Positions 13,220 through 24,833 of a stretch of 64,000 nt of DNA are shown here, piece by piece. The translations under genes and the position numbers were made by a program. This stretch comes from an uncultured Massilia sp. Its GTDB lineage: Bacteria > Pseudomonadota > Gammaproteobacteria > Burkholderiales > Burkholderiaceae_D. Below the pieces are notes generated by a model that saw only the letters and a list, made by a program, of their open reading frames with translations, was not told where the DNA came from and searched no databases. The DNA lies in contig CBIHRX010000001.1 in the NCBI GenBank assembly GCA_966212555.1, positions 3,928-67,927 of the forward strand, given 5' to 3'. Numbering within the stretch: position 1 is the first letter of the stretch; every line of letters starts with the position of its first letter.

Positions 13220-14506
13220 TTACTTCGTCAATTCCAGTCGCTCGGCCTTGCCGAACGGCGTATAGCCGGACACGATGACGTCCTCGCCGGCGGCCAGGCC
13301 GGACAAGACCTCGACCTGGGTGTCGTTGCGGCGCCCGAGGCGAACCGCGCGCCGTGCGGCATGGCGGCCGTCCGGCGCCACCACGAACACCCAGGCGCCG
13401 CCGCCGTCGCCGGCATAGGTGCCCTGGGGCAGCAGCAGGGCGCGGGCCGGCTCGCCCAGCGTCAGCCGCGCATCCATGCCCTGGCCGGGGCTGATCACGG
13501 GCGGCTGCGCGCCCGTAAACGCCATCTCGACCGTGAAGCGGCCGTCCTTGACCTGCGGGTAGATCGTGGCGACGCGCAGCGGATAGGTTGCTCCGTCCTG
13601 GACCGCCTGGCCCGGACGTCCGGCCGTGACGCGGCTGAGATAGAACTCGTCGACCTGCGCGACCAGCTTGAAGCGCCGCGGATCGTCGATGCGGCCGATG
13701 CGCTGGTCGGGGCGCACGGTCTCGCCGACGAGCAGCCGGAAATCGGTCAGCACGCCGGCGGCCGGGGCGCGCACGGCCAGCGCGTCGACGGTCGCGTTCA
13801 CGAGCTTCAGGCCGGCCTGCAGGCCCGCGATCACGCCTTCGATCTGCTGCAGCACGCGTACGCGCACCTGTTCCTCGGCGGCGTTGCTGCGCCGTTCGTC
13901 GTCCAGCAGGCGGCGCTGCTGCGCGAGCTTGTCGGCGGAATCTTCCAGCGCGGCCGCCGACAGGAAGCCGCGCGCCGCCAGGCCGGCGTTCCGCGCATGC
14001 TGCTTGCGGGCCTGCTCCAGCGCGTAGTCGAGGTCCGCCAGGCGGCGCTGGTGGTCGGTGCGGCTGGCTTCCTGGGCCACGCGCAGGGTCGCGAGGTTCG
14101 AGATCTGCTGCGCATATTCGGTCTGGCGCGCCAGCAGTTCCAGGTTGCGCTGCGGGTTCGACAGGCGGAACAACAGGTCGCCTTTCGCCACGTGCTGGCC
14201 GTCGTGCGCGATCACTTCCTCGACGCGGCCCGATTCGACCGAATCGAGCACGATGGCGCTGAATGGCTCGGCGCTGGCGCGCACGACGATCTCGTCGCGG
14301 AACACGCCCGGCGCGACGCGGCCGATGCGCACGTCGCGCGCCGCCACCTGCAGCCCGTGCGGCAAGGCCTGCCACGCGGCGAAGGCCGCCAGCGCGACGG
14401 CGGACAGCAGCGCGCCGGCGCGCACGAAGCGCCGGCCGCGCCGGACGGGTACGCGCACGTCCATGGCGGCGCCGGTGACGAGGTGGGGAGATGAATTCGT
14501 AGTCAT
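13220..14506 (-). CDS. Periplasmic adaptor / membrane fusion protein (HlyD/MacA family)
   Basis: N-terminal transmembrane helix, lipoyl-like GRVEEV..DGQ.V.KGDLL, long coiled coil, VRAP..G and VEVLSGLAAGEDVI. An alternative start at 14464 is possible. Confidence 0.88.
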   Translation of the reverse strand: MTTNSSPHLVTGAAMDVRVPVRRGRRFVRAGALLSAVALAAFAAWQALPHGLQVAARDVRIGRVAPGVFRDEIVVRASAEPFSAIVLDSVESGRVEEVIAHDGQHVAKGDLLFRLSNPQRNLELLARQTEYAQQISNLATLRVAQEASRTDHQRRLADLDYALEQARKQHARNAGLAARGFLSAAALEDSADKLAQQRRLLDDERRSNAAEEQVRVRVLQQIEGVIAGLQAGLKLVNATVDALAVRAPAAGVLTDFRLLVGETVRPDQRIGRIDDPRRFKLVAQVDEFYLSRVTAGRPGQAVQDGATYPLRVATIYPQVKDGRFTVEMAFTGAQPPVISPGQGMDARLTLGEPARALLLPQGTYAGDGGGAWVFVVAPDGRHAARRAVRLGRRNDTQVEVLSGLAAGEDVIVSGYTPFGKAERLELTK

Positions 14507-14518
14507 GCCGGCATGGTT

Positions 14519-14534
14519 TGCAAGCGCCGTGCCA
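14519..14534 (-). promoter_or_regulatory. Sigma-54 (-24/-12) promoter for the exporter operon
   Basis: Minus strand reads TGGCACGGCGCTTGCA, a full match to TGGCAC-N5-TTGC(A). Adjacent to a divergent sigma-54 activator gene. Confidence 0.85.
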
Positions 14535-14575
14535 CGCCGGTTTTGCCCCTTGCGGCATGTGTTTCGACGCCCGAT

Positions 14576-14615
14576 TGTCCGGATCCGGACAGGTTCCCGT
14601 GTGCGCTTCCGGACA
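14576..14615. promoter_or_regulatory. Two tandem enhancer (UAS)-like sites, TGT-N10-ACA
   Basis: TGTCCGGATCCGGACA at 14576-14591 (perfect palindrome) and TGTGCGCTTCCGGACA at 14600-14615. Confidence 0.7.
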
Positions 14616-14666
14616 GGTGACCGCCGGGCAGTACAACGCCGCGATGCGCGCTGCTAGAATGGCCCG

Positions 14667-15975
<1,309 letters not shown>

Positions 15976-15986
<11 letters not shown>

Positions 15987-17196
15987 GGCGCGCACCAGGG
16001 CGGTCGCGCTGCTGGCCGCGGCCGGCCTGGCGCTGCTGGCGTTCGGTGCCGGACGGGCGGGCGATGCGCCCCGCATCCTCGTGCTGTACGCGCTGGCGGC
16101 CGTGGTCCCGGCGCGGGTCCTGTGGCGCAGCCTGAACGCGCTGGCCGCGCCGCGCCGGCAGCCCGCGGCCGAGCCCCGCGCCGCGCTGGACGTCGGGCAG
16201 CAAAGCCTGGTCGACAATGCCCTGGCCCTGGAAGCGCGCCTGGAACACGCGCCGGTCGCGCTGTTCGGCATCGATGCGGACGAGCACGTGCAGCCGTTGA
16301 ACGCGAACGCGCGCAAGCTGGTCGCCCCGGGCCGCGCCAGCGATGCCGCGGCCCTGTACCGCCAACTGGCCGGGCAGCCGCACGGCGACCGCACCTTGCT
16401 GCAGTTCGAGACCGAGCGCGGCACCGAGCGCGCGCTGGCGACGGTGTCGATGCTGACCCTGCACGGCCGCCCCCAGCGCCTCGCCGCCCTGATGCCGGTC
16501 GAGAGCGAACTGGAAGCCGCGGCCCTGAACGCCTGGCGCCAGCTGGTGCACGTGCTCACGCACGAGATCATGAATTCGCTGACGCCGGTGGCCTCGCTGT
16601 CGCGTACCGCGCGCGACCTGGTCGAGGAAGCGTGTCCCGCGCTGCCGGCCGACGTGGCGGCGGACCTCGGCACGGCGCTCGACGCCATCGGCCGCCGCGC
16701 CGACAGCCTCGCCGGTTTCGTCGCCAGCTACCGCAGCCTGTCCAACGTGCCGGAAGCGCGGCCGGAACGCGTGCCGCTGACGGCCCTGTTCGCGCGGCTG
16801 GATGCGCTGGTGGGGCCGGCCTGGCGCGCGCGCGGCGGCGCCGTCGCGTTCTCGGTGGAGCCGGCATCGCTGGAAGTGATGGCCGATCCGGGACAGGTCG
16901 AGCAGGCCCTGATCAACCTGCTCAAGAACGCGTTCGCGCCGAGGGGCGCGGGCGGCCGCGCGCGCCTCGCCGCCCGCCTGGTGCGCGGCGCGCGCCTGCG
17001 CATCGAGGTGGACGACGACGGTCCCGGCGTGCCGGACGCGCTGGCCGCGCACATCTTCACGCCGTTCTTCACGACCCGCAAACAGGGCGGCGGCATCGGC
17101 CTCGCGATGGTGCGTCAATTGGTACATGGCAATGGCGGCACGGTACGTTACGCGCGCCCGGTGAGCCGCGGCGCGCGCTTCGTCATCACGTTCTGA
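15976..17196 (+). CDS. Sensor histidine kinase
   Basis: H-box LTHEIMNSL, N-box NLLKNA, DDGPG, FTPFFTT and GGGIGL. Overlaps the end of the regulator gene. Confidence 0.92.
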
Positions 17197-17286
17197 ACGC
17201 GGGCCCGCGCACGCCTGATTTCGCTCAGTTCCGCGCGGCGCATCGGGCCGTATCGTTGGCACGCCTGCATGTCATCGGAGCCTGCC

Positions 17287-18957
17287 ATGTCGATACGCCG
17301 TTGCCTGTTCACCTTGTTGTTGTCGTTGTTCGCCGGCGCGCACGCGTGGGCCGATCCGTCGTACACCGCGACCTTCCTGCCCGACAGCTTCACGGCCTAC
17401 GGCATCGGCAACGACGGCAGCGTCGTCGGCAGCGGCCTCGATGCGGATTTCCAGGGCCGCGCATTCGTCTGGAAAGACGGCATGACGACCTTCCTGCCCA
17501 CGCCGGGCAGCCCGTCCGCCTACGCGACCGCCACGAACGGCGGGGCCGTGGTCGGCGCCGCGCTCACCGACGGCACTACACGCGGCTTCCTCTACCGCGC
17601 CGGCGGCATCCAGCCCATCGGCACGCTGTACGGCGGCGACAGCGTCGCGTACGCCGTCAATGCGAGCGGCCAGGTGGTGGGCGATTCCACCGATGCGTCC
17701 GGCAACAACCGCGCGTTCCTGTACAGCGGCGGCACGCTGGCCGACATCGGCACCCTGGGCGGGACGGATGCGCGGGCGCGGGGCATCAACGACGCGGGCA
17801 TGATCGTCGGCGGTTCTCAGCCGGGCCCGGAATTCCCGGACGACGGCGCCCACGCGTTCCTGTACCACGACGGCACCATGCAGGACCTCGGCACGCTGGG
17901 CGGCGGCTTCAGCTGGGCCGAGGCGGTGAACAATGCCGGCCAGGTGGCGGGCTACAGCCTGGTCGGCGACGCGGCCGTCTGGCATCCGTTCCTGTACAGC
18001 GGGGGCGTGATGCGCGACCTCGGCTCCTTCGGCGGCGATTTCGGTGAAGCCCATGCGCTCAACGCGGCCGGCATGGTGGTCGGTTATTCCAGCTTCGCCG
18101 ACGACGGTTTCTCGCACGCGTTCGTGTATGCCGGCGGCAGCCTGGTCGACCTGAACACCGTCACGGAAGGCCTCGGCATCCAGGTACTCATGGATGCCGT
18201 CGGCATCAACGACGCGGGCCAGATCGTGGCCAACAGCTGCAACGACTTCGGGTATTGCGCACCGGTCCTGCTCACGCCCGTGCCGGAACCGGCGGCGGCG
18301 CTGATGCTGCTTGCCGGCATCCCGGTGCTGCTGTGGCGCCGCAAAAATCGGGGAACTGCTATGCTGGGTCCGGACCCGGAGGATAGCAATGACCACGACG
18401 GATACAGCAGACCCGCATGCCATCGAACATCTCACACCGCGCCAGCGTGTGTTCGCCATTGTCGGCGCGTCGTCCGGCAACCTGGTCGAGTGGTTCGACT
18501 TCTACATCTATTCGTTCTGCGCACTGTATTTCTCGTCCGCCTTCTTTCCGAAGGGGAATCCGACGACCCAGCTGCTGAACACGGCCGGCATCTTCGCGGC
18601 CGGCTTCCTGATGCGCCCGATCGGCGGCTGGCTGTTCGGCCGCATCGCCGACCGCTACGGCCGGCGCAACGCGATGATGATTTCCGTGCTCATGATGTGC
18701 GGCGGCTCGCTGATGATCGCCGCGCTGCCGACCTATGCCAGCATCGGCACGGCGGCGCCGGCGCTGCTGCTGGTGGCGCGCCTGTTCCAGGGCCTGTCCG
18801 TGGGCGGGGAATACGGCACCAGCGCCACCTACATGAGCGAGGTGGCCGAGCCGGGACGCAAGGGGTTCTTCGCGTCGTTCCAGTACGTGACCCTGATCGG
18901 CGGCCAGCTGGCGGCGCTGCTCGTGCTGGGCATCCTGCAGTTGTTCCTCACGCATGA
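17287..18957 (+). CDS. HAF-repeat extracellular protein with PEP-CTERM sorting motif; frame has no stop after the motif
   Basis: Signal peptide (AHAWA-DP); about six (H/R)AF(L/V)Y/W..G...DLGTLGG repeats; VPEP at 18280 followed by a transmembrane stretch and WRRK. The frame then runs on to 18957 across the MFS gene, so the true 3' end is uncertain (expected near 18345). Confidence 0.8.
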   Translation: MSIRRCLFTLLLSLFAGAHAWADPSYTATFLPDSFTAYGIGNDGSVVGSGLDADFQGRAFVWKDGMTTFLPTPGSPSAYATATNGGAVVGAALTDGTTRGFLYRAGGIQPIGTLYGGDSVAYAVNASGQVVGDSTDASGNNRAFLYSGGTLADIGTLGGTDARARGINDAGMIVGGSQPGPEFPDDGAHAFLYHDGTMQDLGTLGGGFSWAEAVNNAGQVAGYSLVGDAAVWHPFLYSGGVMRDLGSFGGDFGEAHALNAAGMVVGYSSFADDGFSHAFVYAGGSLVDLNTVTEGLGIQVLMDAVGINDAGQIVANSCNDFGYCAPVLLTPVPEPAAALMLLAGIPVLLWRRKNRGTAMLGPDPEDSNDHDGYSRPACHRTSHTAPACVRHCRRVVRQPGRVVRLLHLFVLRTVFLVRLLSEGESDDPAAEHGRHLRGRLPDAPDRRLAVRPHRRPLRPAQRDDDFRAHDVRRLADDRRAADLCQHRHGGAGAAAGGAPVPGPVRGRGIRHQRHLHERGGRAGTQGVLRVVPVRDPDRRPAGGAARAGHPAVVPHA

Positions 18958-19693
18958 CGAACTGAAGGCCTGGGGCTGGCGCATCCCGTTCGTCGTCGGT
19001 GCCTGCGCCGCCCTCGTGTCGCTGTACCTGCGCCGTTCGCTGCACGAAACCACCACCGCCACCGAGCGCAAGAGCGAGGCCGCGGGCAGCGTCGCCTCAC
19101 TGCTGAAGCACCACCGGCGCGCGTTCGTCACGGTGCTGGGCTTCACGGCCGGCGGCTCGCTGATCTTCTACGCGTTCACGACGTACATGCAGAAATACCT
19201 CGTCAACACGGCCGGCATGAGCACGGAGACGGCCAGCCGCATCATGACCGTCTGCCTGCTGGTCTACATGCTGCTGCAGCCGGCGTTCGGCGCGCTGTCC
19301 GACCGCATCGGCCGGCGCACGTCGATGATCGCCTTCGGCGCGCTCGCCGCCGTGTTCACGACGCCGATCATGATGGCGTTGCGGAACGTATCGAGCCCGC
19401 TGACGGCGGGCGCGCTGATCGTGTGCGCACTGGCGATCATCAGCCTGTACACGTCGATCGGTGGCCTGATCAAGGCCGAGATGTTCCCCGTCGAAGTGCG
19501 CGCGCTGGGCGTGGGCCTGTCGTATGCGGTCGCCAACGCGATCTTCGGCGGCTCCGCGGAATACGTGGCCCTGTGGTTCAAGCAGGCCGGCCACGAACCG
19601 TATTTCTACTGGTACGTCAGCGTCATGTGTGCGCTGGCCTGCCTCGTCGCGATCCGCATGCCCGATCCGACGAAATCCGGCCTGCTCAAGTGA
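18389..19693 (+). CDS. kgtP: MFS metabolite:H+ symporter (alpha-ketoglutarate permease-like)
   Basis: Motifs [43 protein letters not shown] and [20 protein letters not shown] and ATG at 18389. Substrate inferred only. Confidence 0.8.
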   Translation: MTTTDTADPHAIEHLTPRQRVFAIVGASSGNLVEWFDFYIYSFCALYFSSAFFPKGNPTTQLLNTAGIFAAGFLMRPIGGWLFGRIADRYGRRNAMMISVLMMCGGSLMIAALPTYASIGTAAPALLLVARLFQGLSVGGEYGTSATYMSEVAEPGRKGFFASFQYVTLIGGQLAALLVLGILQLFLTHDELKAWGWRIPFVVGACAALVSLYLRRSLHETTTATERKSEAAGSVASLLKHHRRAFVTVLGFTAGGSLIFYAFTTYMQKYLVNTAGMSTETASRIMTVCLLVYMLLQPAFGALSDRIGRRTSMIAFGALAAVFTTPIMMALRNVSSPLTAGALIVCALAIISLYTSIGGLIKAEMFPVEVRALGVGLSYAVANAIFGGSAEYVALWFKQAGHEPYFYWYVSVMCALACLVAIRMPDPTKSGLLK

Positions 19694-20153
19694 TCGAGGC
19701 GGGACGCAGCATGTCGATGTGCATGATGCCGTCCTCGTCGTACGGCGCCGAGATGGTGCGGAAGCCGAAGCCCGCATAAAAGGCTTCCAGGTGCGCCTGG
19801 GCACCGATGCGGATCGCATGGCCGGGATGCAGCCGCTCCGCGCACGCGATGCCTTGCGCGACGAGTTCGCGTCCGAGGCCCGTGCCGCGCGTGGACGGGC
19901 TGGTGACGACTCGGCCCAGCGACATCTCGTCGTATTTCGCGCCCGGCGCCAGGCAGCGCAGGGTGGCCGCCAGTTCGCGCCTGCCGTCGGCGGTGCGCCA
20001 GCCGAGCAGGTGATGCGCGCCCGGATCGAGGCCGTCGATGTCCGGGTACAAACACGCCTGCTCGAGCACGAACACTTGCTGGCGCAGCGCCAGCATCTCG
20101 TACAGCTCCGCTGCCGTCAGGTCGGCGAAGCCGCTCCACTGCCATTCGATCAT
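19686..20153 (-). CDS. elaA: GNAT N-acetyltransferase, ElaA family
   Basis: Motifs [26 protein letters not shown]...[17 protein letters not shown] and [11 protein letters not shown]. Confidence 0.9.
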   Translation of the reverse strand: MIEWQWSGFADLTAAELYEMLALRQQVFVLEQACLYPDIDGLDPGAHHLLGWRTADGRRELAATLRCLAPGAKYDEMSLGRVVTSPSTRGTGLGRELVAQGIACAERLHPGHAIRIGAQAHLEAFYAGFGFRTISAPYDEDGIMHIDMLRPASIT

Positions 20154-20165
20154 AACTTTTCCTTG

Positions 20166-21176
20166 TCAGGCCGCCGTCTCGAAACCTTCGAGCACGTTGA
20201 CCACGTTGATGCCGAGTTCGCGCACGACCGAGCCCCCTTCGAACACGAAGACGGTCGGCAGGCCGAGGAAGCCGATGCGCTCGCCGATGCGCAGGAAATC
20301 GCCGCTGGCGAGGCCGAAGTGCGAGCGCGGGTCGCCGCCGAAACTGTCGACGCCGAGCGACACGACGAGGGCCTGCGGAGAAAAGCCCGCCATCTTGACG
20401 CAGGCCGTTTCCAGCGCGAGGAACCACTGCGCGGTGCTTGTGCCGCGCGGCAGCGGCACGTTCAGGTTGAAGCCGACGCCCGCGCCTGCACCCGTCTCGT
20501 CGGCGTGGCCCGCATAGTACGGGTAATCCGTGCGCGGGTCGGCGTGGATCGACGCGAACAGCACGTCCTTGCGCCGATAAAAGATGTCCTGCGTGCCGTT
20601 GCCGTGGTGGTAGTCGAGGTCGAGGATGGCCACGCGCTGCAGGCCGTCGTCGAGCAGGTGCTGGGCCGCCAGTGCCGCGTTGTTCAGGAAGCAGAAGCCG
20701 CCGCAGTAATCGGCGCCGGCGTGGTGGCCGGGCGGCCGCGTGAGCGCGAACGTGGCGTGTTCGCCCAGGCGCAGCGCATGCGCCGCATTGATCGCACAGT
20801 CGGCGCCCGTCTTCGCGGCGATCCACGTGCCGGCCGTCAGCGGCGTGGTGCCGTCGAACGCGTACAGGCCGAGGCGGCCGATGAAACTGTCCGGCTCGAC
20901 GTCGCGGCGCATGCCCTGGCCGGGCCACACGGAGGGTACGAGATCACGCTCGGCGTTACCTGGGTCGAGCGACAGCCACTCGTTCCAGGCGCTGCGCAGG
21001 AAGTGCAGGTAGCGGGGCGTGTGCGTGCGTTCCAGCGACGTCAGGGGCACGCCATGCGGGGTGACGATGCGGCCCAGGCCGCGCCGCGTGAACTCGTTCG
21101 CCACGACGTCGATGCGCTGGGGCGGTTCCGACGAGGGAGCGTGCTGGGTGTGGTGTTCGTTGAAAAAGGTGAGCAA
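20166..21176 (-). CDS. Histone deacetylase / acetylpolyamine amidohydrolase family protein (atypical, EGGS motif)
   Basis: Motifs RPPGHHA, GGFCFLNNA, DLDYHHGNGTQ and SLGVD. The canonical EGGY reads EGGS. Confidence 0.88.
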   Translation of the reverse strand: MLTFFNEHHTQHAPSSEPPQRIDVVANEFTRRGLGRIVTPHGVPLTSLERTHTPRYLHFLRSAWNEWLSLDPGNAERDLVPSVWPGQGMRRDVEPDSFIGRLGLYAFDGTTPLTAGTWIAAKTGADCAINAAHALRLGEHATFALTRPPGHHAGADYCGGFCFLNNAALAAQHLLDDGLQRVAILDLDYHHGNGTQDIFYRRKDVLFASIHADPRTDYPYYAGHADETGAGAGVGFNLNVPLPRGTSTAQWFLALETACVKMAGFSPQALVVSLGVDSFGGDPRSHFGLASGDFLRIGERIGFLGLPTVFVFEGGSVVRELGINVVNVLEGFETAA

Positions 21177-21263
21177 GAAGAGCTCCGATTCAGCGTGAAC
21201 CGTCGTTCCAGCAGAGGCGGGAACCCAAGTTCTGCTTGCGCTATCGTAACGCGTGCAAATTGG

Positions 21264-21283
21264 GCCCCCGCCTCCGCGGGGGC
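21264..21283. terminator. GC hairpin downstream of gshA (possible weak terminator)
   Basis: GCCCCCGC-CTCC-GCGGGGGC; no strong U-tract. Confidence 0.35.
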
Positions 21284-21300
21284 GACGTGCATATGGCGCG

Positions 21301-22896
21301 TCAGCTGTTACGGCACAGTGTACTACTGTTATACGCCGCCACGAAGTCGTCGAACGAACCGGTATCCGTCGCCTCGATCTGCGCCTGCTCGGCCAGCGAC
21401 GCCCGGGCCATCTCGTCGAACAGCGCCGTCTCGGCCGGCATCAGCGGTTCGGTGCGGAACGCCTCGGCGTGCAGTTCGCTCTGGCGCAGGCCGAACGTCG
21501 CGAACGAGCCGAGCGTGCGCACTTCCTGCAGCACGCGCGCGGACGGCGTCTTGTCCGGGTCCGCGACCTTGGCCTTTTGCGCGTTCAGCGCGTCCATGTG
21601 CGCGCCCTTGTAATTGTGCTCGTGGTCCAGCAGCTCGGCGACGGGGCGGATGCGTTCCAGCAGCTCTTCCGCCCAATCCTGCAGCAGCACTTCGTGGTCG
21701 TTGCGCGTGAGGGTCAGGCCCGGACGGCGGCCTTCCTTCACGGTGCGCGCGAAGTTGCGGGCGTGGACCTGTCCTTCCATCGCGTTGATCAGCGGGCTTT
21801 CCTCGAGGGCGCAGAACAGCAGGAAGGCGTCCAGGAAGCGGCCCGTCTCCAGCGCGATGCCGACCGGTTCGAACGGATCGACGTCCAGGCAGCGCACCTC
21901 GATGTATTGCACGCCGCGCGCGCACAGCGCCTGCACCGGGCGCTCGCCCGTGCGGATCACGCGCTTGGGGCGGATCGTCGAATAGTATTCGTTCTCGATC
22001 TGCAGGATGTTGGTCGACAGCTGGACCCACTCGCCATCCTTCTTCGTGCCGATCTCCGCGTACGGCGGATACGGGCGCTTGACGGCGTCCATCAGCGACG
22101 TCACATAGCTTTCCAGGCTGTTCTCGTGCGGACGCAGGCCGGACTGGGCGTCGTTCTGGTAACCCAGGTCGCTCATGCGCAGGCTCGTCGCGTAGGGCAG
22201 GAACAAAGTGTCGTCCGACAGCGTCTCGAGATTGTGTTCGCGGCCGCGCAGGAAGCCGGTCGACAGGGTGGGCGAGGCGCCGAACAGGTACATCAGCAGC
22301 CAGCTGTAGCGGCGGAAGTTGCGGATGGTCGCGATATAGCTCTCGGACTGGAAGTCGCGCAGCGCGTTGCGGCGTTCTTCCGTGATGCCCTCGTGTTCCG
22401 CCAGCAGCTTCCACAATTCTTCCGGCAGCGAATAGTTGTAGTGGATGCCCGCGATGCATTGCATGGCCTTGCCGTAGCGCAGCGCCAGGCCGCGGCGGTA
22501 CACGTGCTTGAGCATGCCGATATTGGACTTGCCGTACCAGGCGATCTCGATGTCTTCCTCGGCCGGCAGCTCGCAGGGCATCGACTGGCTCCACAGCAGC
22601 TCGCCGTCCAGCTTGGCATAGGCGTAGCGGTGGATCGCATCCAGGCGGTGCAGGGCCAGCCCGATGTCGTGCTCGGCCGGCGTGATGAATTCGAGCAGCG
22701 CTTCCGCGTAATCCGTCGTGATCTGCGGATGGGTCAGGGCCGAGCCGAGTTTTACCGGGTGCGGAGTCCGGGCCAGGTGGCCCTGGCCGTCGACGCGCAA
22801 AGTCTCGCGCTCGATGCCGCGCAGGCCTTGCAGGAGCAGGCCGCGGTGGGCATCGTCGTCCAGCAGGGCCAGGCGGCGGGTCAGTTGGTTCGACAC
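21301..22896 (-). CDS. gshA: Glutamate-cysteine ligase
   Basis: Motifs [43 protein letters not shown] and QIENEYYS, plus YIEVR; GTG start. Confidence 0.95.
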   Translation of the reverse strand: MSNQLTRRLALLDDDAHRGLLLQGLRGIERETLRVDGQGHLARTPHPVKLGSALTHPQITTDYAEALLEFITPAEHDIGLALHRLDAIHRYAYAKLDGELLWSQSMPCELPAEEDIEIAWYGKSNIGMLKHVYRRGLALRYGKAMQCIAGIHYNYSLPEELWKLLAEHEGITEERRNALRDFQSESYIATIRNFRRYSWLLMYLFGASPTLSTGFLRGREHNLETLSDDTLFLPYATSLRMSDLGYQNDAQSGLRPHENSLESYVTSLMDAVKRPYPPYAEIGTKKDGEWVQLSTNILQIENEYYSTIRPKRVIRTGERPVQALCARGVQYIEVRCLDVDPFEPVGIALETGRFLDAFLLFCALEESPLINAMEGQVHARNFARTVKEGRRPGLTLTRNDHEVLLQDWAEELLERIRPVAELLDHEHNYKGAHMDALNAQKAKVADPDKTPSARVLQEVRTLGSFATFGLRQSELHAEAFRTEPLMPAETALFDEMARASLAEQAQIEATDTGSFDDFVAAYNSSTLCRNS

Positions 22897-22984
22897 GAGG
22901 TTTCCTTTCTTATACTGCCATGAGACGCAGAGAGTAACCGAAATCGGCCAACCGCGCCGGGCACCCCCCGACTTGACATTTTAA

Positions 22985-24763
22985 TTAATGAACCAGGTCA
23001 GGTTCCGGGACATTCTGCGCCGCGATCCAGCGCTCGACGCGCTTCTCCAGCACGTCCAGCGGCAGGGCGCCGTTTTCCAGCACGGCGTCGTGGAAGGCGC
23101 GCACGTCGAAGCGCGGACCCAGCGCCGCCTGCGCCCGCGCCCGCAGCGCGGCGATGCGCAACTGGCCGATTTTATACGCCAGCGCCTGGCCCGGCCGGGC
23201 GATCATGCGGTCGACTTCGACCTCGTTGTCGGACGGCGGATTGGCCGTGTTCGCGTTCAGCCAGTCGACGGCCTGCTGGCGCGGCCAGCCCAGCGCGTGG
23301 ATGCCCGTGTCGACGACGAGCCGCGCGGCGCGCAGCTGCTCGTCGGCCAGCCGGCCGAACTGCGAGAACGGATCGCGCATCAGGCCGAGTATCGGCCCCA
23401 GGCTCTCCGCATACAGCGCCCAGCCCTCGCCGAAGGCCGGATACCACGCGTGGCGGCGGAACGCCGGCAGGCCGTCGATGGCGCGCGCGCGCGCGACCTG
23501 CAGGTGGTGGCCGGGGACGCCCTCGTGCAGGGCGAGCGTCTCGACTTCCCACAGCGGCCGCGTGTCGAGGCGGCTCGTGTTGACGGCGAGGGCCGCGACG
23601 CGGTCAAGCGTGCCCGCTTCGTAATAGGCGCCGCCCTGCGTGTCTGCGCCCGCCTGCTGCACGGGTTTGACGGCCAGCTCCTCCTGCGGGATCGTGCCGA
23701 ACTGCGTGGGCAACTGGGCCTGGACGCGCGCGATGGTGCGCCGGTAGCGGTCCAGCAGCGCGTCGGCGCTCGTCGGGAACAGGCGCGGATCGCTGCGCGC
23801 GAACGCGACGAATTGCGGATAAGCGTCCTTGAAACCCGTGCCCTTGAAACCCGTGCGCGCGGCCGTCGCTTCCATCTCGGTGCGCAGGCGCGCCACTTCT
23901 TTCATACCCAGCGCGTGGATCTCGGCCGGCGCCAGCGTGGTGGTCGTCGCGGCCTTGACGAGATACGCGTACCACGCCGCGCCGCCCGGCAGGCTGGATG
24001 CGCCGATGGTCGTGCGCGCGGCCGGCAGGTAGTCGGTGCGCACGAAGTCTTCCAGCTTTTGCAGCGCACCCGCCGCCGTGCGCAGGGCGGCCGCGCCATC
24101 GGTGGCGAGCCGCGTGCGCGCCTCTTCGGGGATGGTCGCGGGCAGGCGCTGGAACGGCGCGCCGAGCGCCCCGTCCTGCACGTGCTCGCGCATGGCCCGC
24201 AACTGCGCGGGCAGGCCGGCCATGATGGCCTTCGGGGCCGTCCAGCCGGTGCGCATCCCCTCGCGCATCTGCTCGATGATGCCGTCGACGTGGCGCGGCA
24301 GGGCGTTCAGGCGCGCGAGGTAGTTGCGGTAGTCGTCCTCGGTAACGAAGGGCATCTGCGCCACCAGTTGCGGGAAGCGGATCTGCAGGCCGTCCTGCGC
24401 GCTGACCGGCTGCGGGTCGAATGCGACGAACGCGGCGCGCGCGAGGATGCGTTCCTGGTCGCCCGTGAACAGGTCCCAGGAGAGGCGGTCCTGGCCGGCC
24501 AGCTGGGCGCGGTCGATCTGGCGCGCGAGGTCGAGCATGCGGCGCGCGTGCTCGATGACGGCCGCCTGTTCCGCGAGCGAGGTGTCGGCCAGCAGCGCGT
24601 CGTAGCGGTGGTCGCCCACGTTCGTGGCGAATTCGGGCTGGTGCTTGAGGCGCCATTGCCAATCGCGCTCGAACAGGGCTTGGGCCTGGGCCTGGTCGGC
24701 GGCGTCCGCCGCGAAGGCGACGAGAGGGCCCAGCAGGATGAGGGTCGCGAACAGTCGACGCAT
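22985..24763 (-). CDS. DUF885-family secreted protein (putative zinc metallopeptidase)
   Basis: Signal peptide MRRLFATLILLGPLVAFA; motifs HEGVPGHHLQ, EGWALYAE, RAARLVVDTGIH and PGQALAYKIG. Confidence 0.88.
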   Translation of the reverse strand: MRRLFATLILLGPLVAFAADAADQAQAQALFERDWQWRLKHQPEFATNVGDHRYDALLADTSLAEQAAVIEHARRMLDLARQIDRAQLAGQDRLSWDLFTGDQERILARAAFVAFDPQPVSAQDGLQIRFPQLVAQMPFVTEDDYRNYLARLNALPRHVDGIIEQMREGMRTGWTAPKAIMAGLPAQLRAMREHVQDGALGAPFQRLPATIPEEARTRLATDGAAALRTAAGALQKLEDFVRTDYLPAARTTIGASSLPGGAAWYAYLVKAATTTTLAPAEIHALGMKEVARLRTEMEATAARTGFKGTGFKDAYPQFVAFARSDPRLFPTSADALLDRYRRTIARVQAQLPTQFGTIPQEELAVKPVQQAGADTQGGAYYEAGTLDRVAALAVNTSRLDTRPLWEVETLALHEGVPGHHLQVARARAIDGLPAFRRHAWYPAFGEGWALYAESLGPILGLMRDPFSQFGRLADEQLRAARLVVDTGIHALGWPRQQAVDWLNANTANPPSDNEVEVDRMIARPGQALAYKIGQLRIAALRARAQAALGPRFDVRAFHDAVLENGALPLDVLEKRVERWIAAQNVPEPDLVH

Positions 24764-24833
24764 CGTGTTGGCTTCCGGGTGGTGGACCCGAAATTGTAAC
24801 AAACGGAGAATCGGGGCCGCGCCGGCCAGGTTT

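Noticed and set aside
17257-17271. TGGCACGCCTGCAT upstream of the PEP-CTERM gene as a sigma-54 promoter
   Set aside because: The GG-to-GC spacing is not the obligatory 10 nt.
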